Source of the DNA: Phyllosticta citribraziliensis
Taxonomy: Eukaryota
Assembly: GCF_038025025.1 (NCBI RefSeq)
Contig: NW_027117343.1
Coordinates: 744,001 to 808,000 of the forward strand
Direction: 5' to 3'
DNA length: 64,000 nt
Shown piece after piece: positions 13,446 to 26,718 of this stretch (positions are counted from its first letter, which is position 1; each line of letters begins with the position of its first letter). The notes under the pieces are model-generated. The model did not search any database. It was not told the DNA's origin and was given only the letters and a program-made list of their open reading frames with translations. A program made the translations under genes and the position numbers.

Positions 13446-15789
13446 GGTGGATGGCCGACTGGCTGGCGGCGGGGGAGGCGTAGGAGGGTAAGTTGAGGAG
13501 CGGAATGGGCGATGTCAAGGTGTAGATAGAAATGGGACGTCTTTTCTTTCGTGGTTCTGCGCCCGCTTAAAGAGTCGGAATCGCGGTGGCTCCTCTACGC
13601 GCAGTAGGCTTTCGCGTCGACTCAGAGCCACGTAGTCCAGAGGGCAGACACCTAGTCTGTGGTTCGTCGTTGGTATAGAGTTTGCGCTTGTAAAAGTGCG
13701 TCAAGTAACGCGATGCAGCAGCAGCAGTAGGTGATCCGTCGTCTGTCAGTTGATCTGCTGCGCGAAACCCCAATCCTAAGCTCTTGCCCACGCTACAGCT
13801 CTTTCTTCAGGAGGTGGGGGGCTGGCTGGCCGCGTGGCTAAACGTAATTCTTCGACTCCAATCCAGCTCTGCTTTTTACTTTTTCGTTTCTTCAGCTGCG
13901 CGGGTGGACCAGCGGCAAGTAAATTTGCAGACAGTACCAGGTATTCGGTAAACAGATGGGATGCGGTGCGATGCGATGCGACGCAACGTTATGAAGATGA
14001 CGGCGGGGAAAGAGGGAAAGCTGGGAGAAAGATGGAGGGGCGGTTGTCGCGTTTGACGTCATGCGGCTAGGATTAGGTGCGGACTGCAGGGATCATGATG
14101 CGTGGGTGGGTGGTGCTCTGCTGGGTGAGCTGGAAGGCTGGAAGGTTCCCTGCACCTTCGCCTGCACGGACGGCAGATGGACGACAGGTCGCTGCTGCGG
14201 GAATCTGCATCATCTACAAGTCAACCGTCAAGATGGCAGCGTGTGTATGCGTATGTAATTCAGTCATCTATGTAGCTCGTCCCCTAGCCGCCTGCCTGCC
14301 AAGTAAGTACAGTACAACCCGCAGCGGGCAACGCGGGCGGCAAGCAAGGCAAGACTTTCAACAGGTAGGTACGCGGGCAACGACCGCCATGCCCGCCCCG
14401 TCGAAGCCAGCAAGAGCCCATGTCCTCGCTGTTTCGACTCCAAGCAGATTGTCGACACGCTGCTCTGCCAATTACAACCAACAGCTCGAATAAAGTGCGA
14501 GGACTTTTAGGAAGCAAAAGAGAAAGCAAAGCGGGGCAGAAGAGACGGAGAAGAGGTATCATACGGCACACCAAGCACACCGATCTAATAGTCCAACCGA
14601 GAAGAGAAGAAGAGAAGCAATCAAAAAAGACAAAAGTAATGATAAACCCGAAAGAGGAAGAGTGGATGAAGTGAGCAAATGCAGAACTTTTGAGAGAAGC
14701 ACTCGGCAGAGACGAGAAGATGTGAGGGAGATGGTGGACAATGACCAACGTCGGCACAGCGGATAGGTGTCGAAAAAGATGGCAGCTCCGTTTCCATCTG
14801 AGGAGCAAACGACAGCTCCTGTCTGCTGTCTCTTTCGACACCCGCTGTACCAGCGTGGTCAGGGAGAGGAAACAAAAGCCGAGCCATTACAATTCCTTGA
14901 TGGGTCGTGATAGGAAATTGACGTCCCATCATACCACACAAGTAAGAAAAGAGAAAATGAGCGTCGACAAAGGCAAATTCCCATCTCCTTCGAGCAGTTC
15001 CACTCACCATTAGTCTCAGCGCACCAAACAAAAACAGCTCCCCATCGAAGAAAAGGACAAGGGGAGAAGAAAGACGTCGCAAAGAGAAAATGAGGAATCT
15101 ATATTACATGAACTCATGCAGCAACCCAACCTACCAACCAATCAACCAACCAGCCTCATCTTCCTCGCCCTAACCCGAAACTTTCATAACCGAAAATACC
15201 CAAACAAAATTCGTTCACAAAACTTCGTCGACCCCCTAAAAAGAGCCCCCGAGTCCGTGGACCCAAGGGCGACTGAAACAAAGACGACAAGACCTGAACC
15301 CGCACCACAACCTCCCCGACGCAAAAATGTCGCAGAGTTCGGTATGCGTTTCCCAATTAGCCAGTATGCATGCAGCAAAGTAGTACAGTGGTGATGAATG
15401 GCGGCGGCGGCGCGGCAGTGGGATCAGCAGCCAAAGCTAGAGGGTATCGAGCGAGGAGACTGAAACACCAAGCAAGCTCAAACAAAAAAGCGCGCATACT
15501 TGGAGGAGGACAGGGGACAGGAAGACGAAGAATAAAAAGGGTACAAAAACGACTCGGAGAAGCGGAAGAGGTATAAAACGGTCGGTCCCCAGAGAAACAA
15601 GTGATTAAACGAAAGAGAAAAAAACATGCTTCTCGGACGTGACTGCCAAAAAACAACGTCAATCGTGCACCAGCGGCTGCGACAAGCCTCAAGTGCAAAC
15701 ACATACTAGCTCACTTTTGGTGAAAATGCGATGCCAGGGGCGCCCAGCGTGACCGTAGCTCCCGAGCCCCAAAACAATCGGCCCCTTGC

Positions 15790-18723
15790 CTAGTAGCTCA
15801 AACCCCTGCTCGCCTGACTGGCGCGGCTCGGGCTGGTCCTGCTTCTCTCATCCTCTTCCAAGACATCGCTCAGTCGCGTTGGATGGTGGTGCCGGACACT
15901 GGCCCAATCGCTGAAGCCGCTGGGCATGCCAGTGCCACCGTAACCGCTGCCAGTGTAATCCGGCTGGCCTTCTCCGCTCGCGTATCCCGCAGTCGTCGCA
16001 TAGCTCGGCTCAGGTCCGGCCGCCGTCGTGTAGCCCGGATGGAAGGTAGGACCAGACGTTGTGTCAGAAATACCATAGCGAGCCGCCAGTTCGCGCTCCC
16101 GTGCAATGTCAGCCTCGTAGTCGTCGCCTTCTTCCAACTCCTCCTCTTCGATGCGTTCGCTAATGCCGGCGGCGGGTTCGGAGGCGCTGTCGGCAGTAGG
16201 ACTTCTCATGCGGCCAGGACCACTACTTGCACGGCGGAATGGGATTCGGCGGCCCTGAAGGTCGAGAATGTAATTGCCATTGTCATCCATCAAGTACTCC
16301 TCCTCGGCAATTATGCTCTCCGTGTCGCCAACGCTGGATGGAACGTAGGAGCGATCATCTCCGGGGCCGGTGGAACCCTCCATGGGCTCCCGCCCACCTG
16401 GGAGAAAAGTGCCTCCATGCTGATAAAATTGACCAGGCGACGGCATGGCGGGCTGCGTCCGCGGAGAAGAAGCAGATGGCTGGCTCGCTCCAGAGGCAGT
16501 GCGTGAGTGCGGTTGGAGGGGAGCGGGTTGAGCGGCAGTGCGCGTCATGGACGGAGCCGTGCCGCCGCTGGTGAGCGCTCCGGTTGGCTGATAGGTGCCC
16601 TGCGCCAGACTTTGAATGTCTGGTTCGTGACGAAGTGCAGAGGGAGTTTGGCGGCCAGTGAAGGGATCCGTGTCGGTTGGGCTTTGCGGTTCCTCGTAGG
16701 TGTAACCGCCTTCAATGTTGGCGGAAAGGGGCTGGCTGTGGCTGCTGATGGCTTGCGATCTTTGACTGCCGTGCCTGCTCACCATGCCAGCACCCATAGG
16801 TACGACCTGAACTCCCCCGACGAGGGTGGGCTGACCTTCGCGGAGCGAGACGACCCGCTCGCGCTCCTCCTGTTCGCGCCGACCGAGTTCCTCCCAGGCC
16901 CGGCGAGCCTCGTCCTTGGAAATGGCAAGTTCGCGCTGCATCTCAGCGACCATCTTGTCAGCCTTTGTGCTCTTGGCCTTTTCGATCCGGACTTGGCCTT
17001 CCATCTCGACGCGGGCCGCGCGTTCTGCCTCGATGGCTTTTTGCAACTGGCCAATGGTCTCTTGCTGGCGCTCTTGCTCGCTCCTCGTCTCGTAGAACCA
17101 GCGCTGAAATTTGCGCTCGGAGGATGCGCGCAATCGCTGGAGTTCAACGACGGCGTGGAAGAGGTTGGCCCCGGCCGCGGAGAGGTCGGTGATTTGGCGT
17201 GACATTTGTTGAGTTAGAGACTGGTTGGCCATTTCGTCCTGGTTTTGTTCGAGGCGGCGGATCCAGTACGAGGTGAGGCCTTCCCAATGCGACGAAAGCT
17301 GCTCCCAGCGCTCGAAGGCGTGCGGAAAGGTCGAGACGGTGGGGTCGCGCTGTTGACCATCGCCAGAAACTCTGCTTTGAGGACCAGCTGTGGCGCCAGG
17401 GCGGGCTTGTGGTGCTGTCGCGGATTGTCTTGGTTGAGATTGCGGCTGCTGAGTGAGGCGAGCAGATGCAGCAGCAGCAGTGGGCTGCGGCGGAATCCGT
17501 GGCTGGCCCTGTGAAAGTGATGGTCCCCTTGGTCGCACACCCGCTGCGGGGTCCATGGCACGCCCCGACGATGGCGAGATGACGGGCCCCCCGTTACCAG
17601 CCGTCTTGTCTGCTGGCCGAGGCCCTGCCGTCGTGTATCCGGCAAACCCGCCATCTCCCGACGACCGTCCATATTGTTGAGTTTGACCGGCAACGCCAGC
17701 AGCAGCAGCTCTTCGCTCAGCACTCTTCCTGCGCTCTTCCAGTTGCGCCCTTCGGTCCTGTTCCGCGCGCTCCTCGGAGGCGGCCATTTCTGCCTCGCGC
17801 TGCCTTCTTGCCTCCCGGTCATGACGCGCGCGCATAATCTGCTGCGGCGTGCGAATGGGCGCCACGGGCGGTTGCTGCACGGGGACAGGGCCCGGCGCAG
17901 AGCGCGCACCAGTTCCGCCGAGCAGGTCCGACATTTGCGCGTTTTCCTCTGCAAGATCGGGGGTGAATTGATAGGGAGCTCGGAGGGCTTCTTCGAGGGT
18001 GAAGAGAATGGCAGCCTGGGTACGACGCGAGATGCGCAAGGCGGGATGGGTCGAATCGGTGGGCGGATCGACAGGCTCGCGCGCGGATTCCTGCGGACGT
18101 TGGGCTGGCGAGGCACTCCTCCCGCGGCGGACGTCTTCAAAGTTGGGCGTGCGACGGAGCGAGTGAGTTATGCTGCCCGACGAGCTGGACCTGCGCGAGA
18201 GGGACTCGTGAGCGCGGTAGTACTGCTGGGCCTGCTGCTGGCGTTGCTCAAGTGAGGTGGTGTACGTGTCGTGGCGTTCGTGGGTCTCGTAAGGTGCGGG
18301 ATAGCGGCCTGCGGCCGACACGGTGGCCGAGTGCGGAGGAGCCTGGCTCGTCCCTAGGGTCGTCAACTCGAAGTGAAGGGAGCGTGAAGGCTGGGTGCCA
18401 AGGTGTCAACGACGGCGGTCGTGTAGCGTGATGGATGGAGGGATGCAGCAGGAAGGCGGACGGGAGGGGAGGGAAGAGGTCGCAAGGAATCCTGGAGACA
18501 ATGGCGCAGTTAGTGGAATGGAAAGGAATTCAGGAGCCATGGCGCGCGAAGCAGGAGAGGAGCGCAGGCAAGAGGCTGGCATGTAAAATGGGGAGGTCGG
18601 ACCAATGCGTGGAGGTTGGGGAGCGCGCACAGAGGACGAAGCGACGGGGCCCAGCGCAGAGGCGGGTCTGAACATAACACATACCACGAATGACGACAGG
18701 ACTGCTGCAGGCTGCGTGCGCAT
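15790..18723 (-). CDS. Fungal coiled-coil hypothetical protein; 13-codon first exon (MRTQPAAVLSSFV), phase-0 intron 18684-18391
   Basis: 858-codon open frame with an ordered core (FPHAFERWEQLSSHWEGLTSYWIRRLE..RLRASSERKFQRWFYETR) and coiled coil. GTATGT donor at 18684 and TTGAC..CCCAG acceptor at 18391 keep frame with ATG 18723. Confidence 0.75.
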
Positions 18724-20171
18724 TACGGTCTGGAGTTGTTTTGGAGAGCAGAGGGGCAGTGGTGAGGAGCTGCTACCTGGCCGTGTTGGTGTTGGTGCGA
18801 GGCAAGGTGGGAATGTCGCGGTCGTGTGCAAGGTACAGACAGGTACATGTGGCGGTACGTGGGTATAGTATCGTGAAAAGCTCAAGGCGCAGGAGCGACT
18901 CGTTGGCGATTGTGAGGGGTTATAAGGGAGCGGCCATGAGCAGCATCATGGTCGTTTGTCGTCTGGTCTGGCAGTTTGAAAAATGGGTCGACGCTGGCTC
19001 CGCTGGCGGTGCGGCGCCTGTGCCTGGGCTTGAGCGTGTGCCTGTGCCTATGTGGGCTGGTCCGGCGGCGAGAGAGAGTCAGTCAGCGCAGTTCAGGAGG
19101 CGGACCTGATGGAGGAGCAAACATCGGTGAATCAAACGTCGACTGGACTGGACTGGACTGGACTGGAGCGAGCGGATGGAGTCGTCTGGTGCCAACACAT
19201 CACGCTCCCTCCCTGTCGACGTCTGTGTCTCTGCCGCGCTGCATGCCATTGCATCCCGGCCGGCGCATCCCGAGCTCGAAGCAAGCGTTTCGCATATGGT
19301 AATGTATGAGACCGAGTGCGGGAGCGATGGCACCGGACTGTTCTTTAATGGCCTTGGATCTCATCATCTCCATGTCCCCTCAGCGCCCTCGTCGCCGTTG
19401 GTCCCCATGGCCAATCAGCGCCGCCGAGCCGTCGACGCCAACGTCCCGGCCGATCGGTCTGCCCCATCGATCGTCTACACCATCACGTCGCCAAAACTCT
19501 TCCAGAAGACGAAGTCAGTCACATCAACAACAACAATCGCATCAACCTTCTGACCTCCCGTTGCAAACAGCCTTTGTCATCTCCCGTCCCGTCCCTCCCT
19601 CCCTCCCTCCGTCCGTCCTTCCGTCGCTGCGTCCCGCTCTGCCCGCCGCCGTGTCAAACGCCTCGTTGATTGCTTTTGCCAGACCCCACCCACCGTCCCC
19701 TCTTCCTCGCCAGCCCATGCAAACCCTCTCTCAGTTACTTACATACACCACTTGAAGACATCATCACAATCCGCAACCCCGGCAACTCTTGCTGCATGAC
19801 ACGTCTTCCCTGCCTTCGTTTCGCTCCAAACATCCGCGCCTCTGGAAAAAGCATCGTGGCGGTGACGCGATCCACGATCCACTTCATCTTCCTTCATTTT
19901 ATTTTTGGACCTCACCGCCATCCTCGAGCTTCCATATATCCATTGCTCATGCAGCTATCGGTGCTACTCTCCACTTCCCCAAGCTCAAGTCCCCGCTGTC
20001 GTGATTCTCGCCAATTAGCCCTTTTCAGAATAAAGCAAACATGACCGTTGCTCCCCGCACCTCAGCCGTAATCTGAGAAATGAAAAGTGGGAGCAGTGAA
20101 AAAAAAATTGATGAGAGGGAAAAAAAGGAGAATCCTTCAAGCCTTCTCCGAGGCACATGCGGTCAACCAGT

Positions 20172-23100
20172 TTACCGCTTTCGCTTTTGCTGCTTCTTGC
20201 CCCCGTCGTCGCTGTCGTGTCCGTCCCGGTCCTTCTGCTTCGCCTTCTTCTCCAGCTCGTCCCAGTCTTCACCCTCGCTAACCTCGCTTGCATCCTCCTC
20301 GGACCCGCTGGGCTCGTCTGATGCGTACTCGTCAAAGTCGCTCTCCTCCTCACTCTCCGACTCCGACTCGGCCAGCTCCGAATCGCTAATCTCAAAGTTC
20401 GACTCTTGCTCCTCGCTGTTTTCCTCATCTCCAGAGTCAGAGTCGGCAGCAATGAAGTTCCAACCACCATCGACAAAGAACTGGTGAGGGTCCGCCTGCA
20501 CCGTCTTCATGATGGTCGCCCAGTTGAGGTTGACGGTACCCTCCGAGAATGGAATCTCGACGCTGTCGAGCCAGTCCTTCACTGCGTCGAGCGACTCGAC
20601 GGGAATCGTATTAATGTGCACGGGAACCCTGGTGAAGTCTTTGAAGACGACCACCATATCAAAGTTCTTGAGACCGTACGACACACGTTCGAGATGCACA
20701 ATTTCAATCTCGCTGAGCGTGAGGACGAGGAACGGCGGCTCCGTGAGTTGCACGAGACAATCCGTCGTAGGCTGGATCCAAACGCTTGACCGAGACGGCA
20801 CGCCGTTGAATCCAAGATCGCGGAAAGGAATGTCGACGCCGACATTTTCATTGCGTCCAGCGTCGGCAATCTTGTCGGCGAATGCCTTGAACTCCTTGTC
20901 GAGCTGCGCACGGCGCCGCCGCTCTTCTTGCTCGGCCTCGAATTCTTCCTCGTCGCCAAACCGGTGCTTGCGCTTGCGGTTGCCCGTCTCGTCAAACTGC
21001 ATTTCCGTAGCCTCTCTGTAGAACTGGACGTCCTTGGCCTTTCGCTTGCCAATCATGATGGGGTTCTTGAGATGCACGTGGATGATGACTATCAGCTCGT
21101 GCTGGCAAGGCTGGAAGAACAAGTGCTTGATGTTGCTGAAGAGGATGTCAATCTTTTGGCCGGTGCCGTGGTTGTAGCGGAGACCATTCTGGTGGATTTC
21201 GACGGTGCCAGGCACACGTTTTCCATCCATGGCGGGACGGACGAAAATCATGTCCAACAGTGCCGGCTTGCGATCTGCATTTCATTAGCTTGACCATCCG
21301 AAATGTTCAGCATCCACTCACTCTTGACCGTAATGAGCTTGTCCTGCTCAATCACGTCCTCCATTTGCTTCTTCTCTTGCTCGCGGCGCACAGACTCCTT
21401 CTTCAACTCGGTAATCTGCTTGGCAATGTGCTCCATGCGATCAATATCACGCGACCTGAATGTCAAGCTCCTGACAAAATGGGCCGTCGGATCCTCAAAC
21501 GGCTGGTCGTCCTTGCGGCCGACACCCTGACCTGGGGACAGAAAGTTGATACGCAGCGAGGTGTATTCGCCTTCGGGGCTGTTGCTCGCGTTTTTGATCG
21601 TGTTGATGTGGAAGGGCACAGGACGGCCCATAATGGGCAGGACCACCGTCAAGTTCTTGTCATCCACGACGACCATGAGGTCCTTGACCTTGGTGGGAAA
21701 CTGGTTGTCGCGCTTGTACGACTCGAACCGCTTGAACTTCTTCTCGGTCGCGCCATTCAGATTTCCAATTTCAGCGCCATATCTTTCCAGACCCTCACGA
21801 CGCTTCTTTTCGTGCAGCTCCTTCTGGTGCTCACGTCGTGCTTCTTCCTTCTCGGCATGTTGGTTGGTCTGGCGCTCATGACGAAGCCGGGTCTTGGTAA
21901 TGTTTGCCGGGGCGACTGCACCAACGCGGGCATCCTTCTTGGCCTTGGGCTTGGATGCCTTTTCCTCTTCTTCGTCTTTAAAGAAGAATGAACAAGACTC
22001 CAGGTCAGAGGTGGAATCCCGCGTGAAGATGATGGATTCCTGCCCAGTCACACGCACAGTGTCGGTGATGATCAAGGAGTAAGTGCTGCTCTTCTTATCT
22101 TGTGGGTTGGGGTTGACCAAGTCACTGAAGCTGGTCGTGACTTGCAATGTCATGCCATCCTTGAGCTTACGGCTGTTTTTGCCGCTGAGAATTAGTTGGG
22201 TGTCCTTGAGCTCGATGCCGATGCCGTAGCCGAGATTCTTTGGGAAATGCTTCTCCAAATCTGGCTTTTTTGACTTGAGCAAACCCAGCGCCTTGTTGTA
22301 GACGTCCTTGGCGACAGCGCCGTCCTTGATATTTGCAACAACTTCCTGGTGAATCTGGCGGAGGAGCTTGTAGTTTGCTTCCTGGGACTTGTTGGGGTCG
22401 ACCATGTAGGTCCGCGCAATCATGGACGAGTAGCTTTGATACCGAAGCCCAAGTGCTGCGACAATGATTCCCGCGTGCAAGTTGTTCTTGTCCGAATCTC
22501 TTGTGAACTTGAGGTCGTAGTTTCCGCCACTCTGCACCACGGGTGGAAAGCTCCAATCCAAGTTCATGGGGTCAAAGTTGTTGGAGACCTTGAGCTTATT
22601 GAAAAACTTGTTGTCGTCCAGCTTTGTCGCAACCTTGTCCGCCAGAGCTTGATGTGTGATCTTCTTCTCGGCGTCGAGGATTTCGGACATTTCGTCAACA
22701 AAGTAGTTGGCAATGCCGCTCGATGCTTTGGAAGCGTCTCGAATGGCCCTCTGTTGTAAGCGTCAGCGGCCGCCGTCTCATCCCAACGGGTCACCTACCA
22801 GTTCCTTCTCGTCCTTAACCGACAGCGCCGAAGTAGACAGCGCCGAGGCGCAGTCGACCTCTTCAAGGTCTTTGGCAACTTCCTCGTATGACTTTTTCCA
22901 CTCTTCCACAAATGGACCGGCGGACTGATCCTTAAGCAGCACGCCGACTTTCTTGCCACCATTCTTTATGACATCGAGACACTGCTGGAACTGTTTGGCA
23001 TTCTCGTCGGCATCCTTGCCTCGAATGTGAAGCTCCACGGGCACCTTGCCACCCTTGAGCGGCTCCAGGTAGGCAGCTACATGCCATCAGCCTAAATGTA

Positions 23101-23445
23101 TAGTACCAGCGATTGTGGTCCTTACCCTTCTTCTTGGTCGTGACAATGTGGATTCCGTCGGGATTGATGACGAACAGCGTCGTAGGGAACTCGTAGCCGA
23201 GCAACCAGAGCTACAGAGTTTGCGGTCAGCGCCTTATCCGGCCATTCGCTAGATGGCAGAGCTCTCACCTGGAAAGCCACGTTTTTGGGATACGCGTTGG
23301 CGTCATTGGCTTTGCCGACGACGATGACGATGGACGAGACGCCGCCGAATATGGCGTCGCCAGAGCGCTTGTCGTTCTTCCACTGGGAAAGGAATGAGGA
23401 CAGGCGGTCGTGGAACGAGTTCTTGTCGATTGCAATGTCAGCCAT
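20172..23445 (-). CDS. SPT16: FACT complex subunit Spt16/Cdc68, ~5 exons
   Basis: [65 protein letters not shown] and an acidic C-terminal tail. Confidence 0.95.
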
Positions 23446-23890
23446 GGCGACGAATACTCCCGACACCGCCGGACGGGCGACGACGACTGTTCTCGAGGTA
23501 CGGCAAAGACTGGCGACGGCGCAGGTCGAGAGACGGTGGTGCGGGTGAAGCGGTGGTGACGGTGGAGCTGCGCGCGCAGAGGGTTGGTTTAATGGAAACG
23601 CGCCTTCCAGATCCACGCAAGTTCTTGGCGCGCGCCCGGCGGCAGGGTCACGTCGGCGTCGGCAAAAGGTCGGTCCGAGCCAATGACGTCGCGTCGCCGC
23701 GGGACATGCCCGGGGGAGCTGTCAGGTTGGCCTCAGGCTCGCGCCAGCTCGGCGCGGCGTCCGCGTGCGTGGGCCCTTTGACCCGACTCCAGATGACCGC
23801 CTGGCCTTCTCTCTTACTTCCCATCTCTCCTTCGCCTTCTGCTGCGCAGATGTCGGCGTGCTTCTCCAACAATCGCCTCTCTCGTGGACG

Positions 23891-25257
23891 ATGACCTCGG
23901 TTTCCGATGGCCAAATCCCGGACTCTAGCCCGCAGGATCTCGACATCCAAGATGGGAAGAAGAAGAAGCAGCCAAAGAACAACGCCGCAACGGGCGCCTC
24001 TGCTGCCGGTATGCGCGCCGTAGCTGTGCAGTTCATGACCTTTTATTTTCGAGCCCCCATCAAGGCCTTCTTCCGCTCGCGGGTAGAGTACGTCGACAGC
24101 GCTGTCAAATCATAAAAGACCATTCACTAACTTTTGATAGCTACATGGTAAGGCCTTGAGAACGACCCCCAGCACCCCTTCTTACCGCTGCAGGCCTACG
24201 CGCGAGCCATAAACCCCGCCATACAATCAAACTTACCGTGGTCGTGGCGCTCAACCTCACCGGCAATCCTCGCATATGCTGTAAAGGAGCACGGATGGGG
24301 TTTCATACCAAACCAGGTGCTGCCGCCGATGCTGGCCAATGTCAGGTAATCCTATACTCGCGCTGAACAGAGCAGAAACTAAGCCACAGCAGCGTCGGCG
24401 CCGTACTCTATACAGCCTATCTTCAGTGTCTCGGCCATCTCCACGAACCCTCTTCCCACGCCGCCAAACGTGTATATCCCCCGGCACCACCCGCACACAC
24501 CTTTGCTGCAGGCCTTTGCGCAGGCACCATCCAGTCACTTGTTGCTGCTCCTCTTGACGCGTTGCAAGTACGCTTCCAGACATCAGACATGCTCGAAGGC
24601 CGCTACAAGACCATGTGGCAGTATGCGGGACACAAACTGCGGGAAATTGGGCTCCGTGGTGTTTTTGCCGGCTGGTCTCTTTCCCTCGTAAAGGACAGTC
24701 TAGGCAATGGCGTCTTCTTCGCCACATTCGAGTACATCAAGTCGCAGTCCTACTACAACTTTGTCAGACGCTACTACGGAGACTACGACTCGGTCTTTGA
24801 CTTTGGTCCATGGGCCAAGACGGTTCACTGGATGGACGGCGAGCGCCCAGTCATCAAACCTCACTACATGATGGAGCCAGCGTTCATTCTGACCGCAGGC
24901 ATCGCGGCGTCCATCGCTCAACAAGCCATCCAACACCCCCTGACAGAGATCCAAAATGTGCACTACAGGCGTCTCGAGAGCCTCGACTATGCCGCCCAGC
25001 AAGAGCATCGCAAGCGCTCGATCTGGCGCATGTATTACCATGCCTACGAAAAGACGTTTGAGCAATGTCGGATGCAGGCCAAGCGCACGGGCGGCTGGCG
25101 TCGCTACCTGTACCGCGACTTTCTCTCGAGCACCATTCGCCAGGTGCCGAGCACTTCCGCGGGTCTGATTGTTTTTGAAGTAGTCAGACGAAAGTACGGG
25201 TTGGTCAGCGACCCGGCGCGGATTGAAAAGGATGGTTACGATATTTTGCTCGACTGA
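23891..25257 (+). CDS. Mitochondrial carrier-like protein; 4 exons including a 7-nt micro-exon (24141-24147)
   Basis: Carrier signature-like PLDALQVRF, GVFAGWSLSLVKDSLGNGVFFATFEYIK, IRQVPSTSAGLIVFE. Introns 24088-24140, 24148-24193 and ~24346-24392 restore the frame. Confidence 0.8.
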
Positions 25258-25920
25258 TGCATTTGGTAGAGTTGAGATTTGGCGCCTGCATGTAAGAGCA
25301 TGAGGGTGAGCGTTTGCATCGCTTGTTTGTCACCATTGATTTGTCTGCATTGGGCGGCGTTTGGACGCGTGGTTTAGAGATATTTCGACGTCATAGAGGG
25401 ATTGTTTGGAGGCCGCACTCGCGGCTCGTAGACATAAACGTCTGATGCAGTTTACATGGTTAGATGTCTCTTCTCCATTCTTTCACTCCATTTTATCGGC
25501 AGAGAATCGAAGCTTGGATGGCACAGTGATTGTCAGGGAACATTTTTCCTGTTTCTTCATCTATATTCTGAGCAGTGAGGATGCGGCTTCCAAGTCGTTC
25601 TCGAGTCAGCTTGATCTGCCGTCTCCGCTCCCATATATCACGCTATTCCCGATTCGCATTACCTCTCCCAACTCCAAAGCTCTCTCGTCGTTCTGCCGTA
25701 TATGGGCCCTCGGATTTCTCTTCCCGGTCCTCTTGATTTCTGGTCACACGACGGCGACGGGCAAAGAGCAAGCTCCGGCGAAGGCGGAGCCAAAAGTCGT
25801 GGCACATGCAGTCGAAGTGGGCGAACCGGGCTCACACGTCTGTGTATCTGTTGACGGCGCGCGTCTTTCGCCTTCTCTCAAATCCCCTCGTCCCATCGAC
25901 CGCTTCCACATCAGGGACGT

Positions 25921-26280
25921 TCAAGCTCGCACAGACAACCGCCGCCACTTCTCAGCCAGCCTAGTCAATACCCACACCAGCGCCACCTCTCCCGCAACCG
26001 TTGGCGCAATCGCAACAATCATTGGGAAAAGGCCAACCACGGCGACCGGCATGAGGCAGACGCAAAAGAAGGCGGCGGTTTGGCGCGCCGAGAGAGCGTT
26101 GGTTGGGCTGCTGATTGCGGCGAGTATAATGAAGATGGGGATGAGCGCTGTGCTGAGGACGATGTACGAAGAGTAGGGGACGGGCCGGAGCATTGCGCTG
26201 GGCGGTGGTGTGTGCGAAGGTTGGATTGGCCACGGACACATGTGGGCGGAGGAGAGCGTGTCGGACATGAGCGCGGTCAT
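25921..26280 (-). CDS. Possible small membrane protein (119 aa, 2-3 hydrophobic segments)
   Basis: ATG-initiated ORF with hydrophobic stretches (YIVLSTALIPIFIILAAIS; FFCVCLMPVAVVGLFPMIVAIA; VALVWVL) and a basic tail; no homology recognised. Confidence 0.25.
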   Translation of the reverse strand: MTALMSDTLSSAHMCPWPIQPSHTPPPSAMLRPVPYSSYIVLSTALIPIFIILAAISSPTNALSARQTAAFFCVCLMPVAVVGLFPMIVAIAPTVAGEVALVWVLTRLAEKWRRLSVRA

Positions 26281-26718
26281 AGAGGGCTACGCGTTGTTGG
26301 TGGAGTATCGGCGCGCTTAAGATGACTGCAATGGTTGCTGAGCTATGAAGCCATTGAAATGCCGTGGTGGTTGAAATGGTGCGTGGTAAGAGATGTGACG
26401 TTGTTGGGCGTGTTTTCTGGACTTTGTAAGTGTTGTGGAGATCATTGGGAAGTTGGCGGCGGTGGTACTGTTTAAGAGCTGTGAGGTGATGGGTGGTTGC
26501 CGAAGAGGCAAGGTCCGGTGTTCGCGAAAGGAGTGGTGGAAAGCAGGACGGCGAGGTGGAGCTTTCGATGGACCATTCAGGAAAGACGATGATGCAGAAA
26601 AGCAAAAGGGTACAAAGAGCAGACCGTCCGCCGCAAGTCAAGAAGCAAAAAGAAACAAACCTCAAAAGACATCATCACCGCGACGCCACCACCACCAGAG
26701 AGTGCGCAGCAAAAGAGC

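Noticed and set aside
18364..18408. Apparent non-AUG (TTG) start or TGA readthrough for the 858-aa ORF
   Set aside because: A phase-0 intron (GTATGT 18684 to CAG 18391) links it to an ordinary ATG at 18723
18920..18949. 9-codon uORF (MMLLMAAPL) upstream of the coiled-coil gene
   Set aside because: It overlaps a TTATAA that may itself be the TATA box, so it may not be transcribed
19141..19166. (GACTG)5 microsatellite and other short simple repeats (e.g. 9071-9091, ~13968-13984)
   Set aside because: Ordinary simple-sequence repeats
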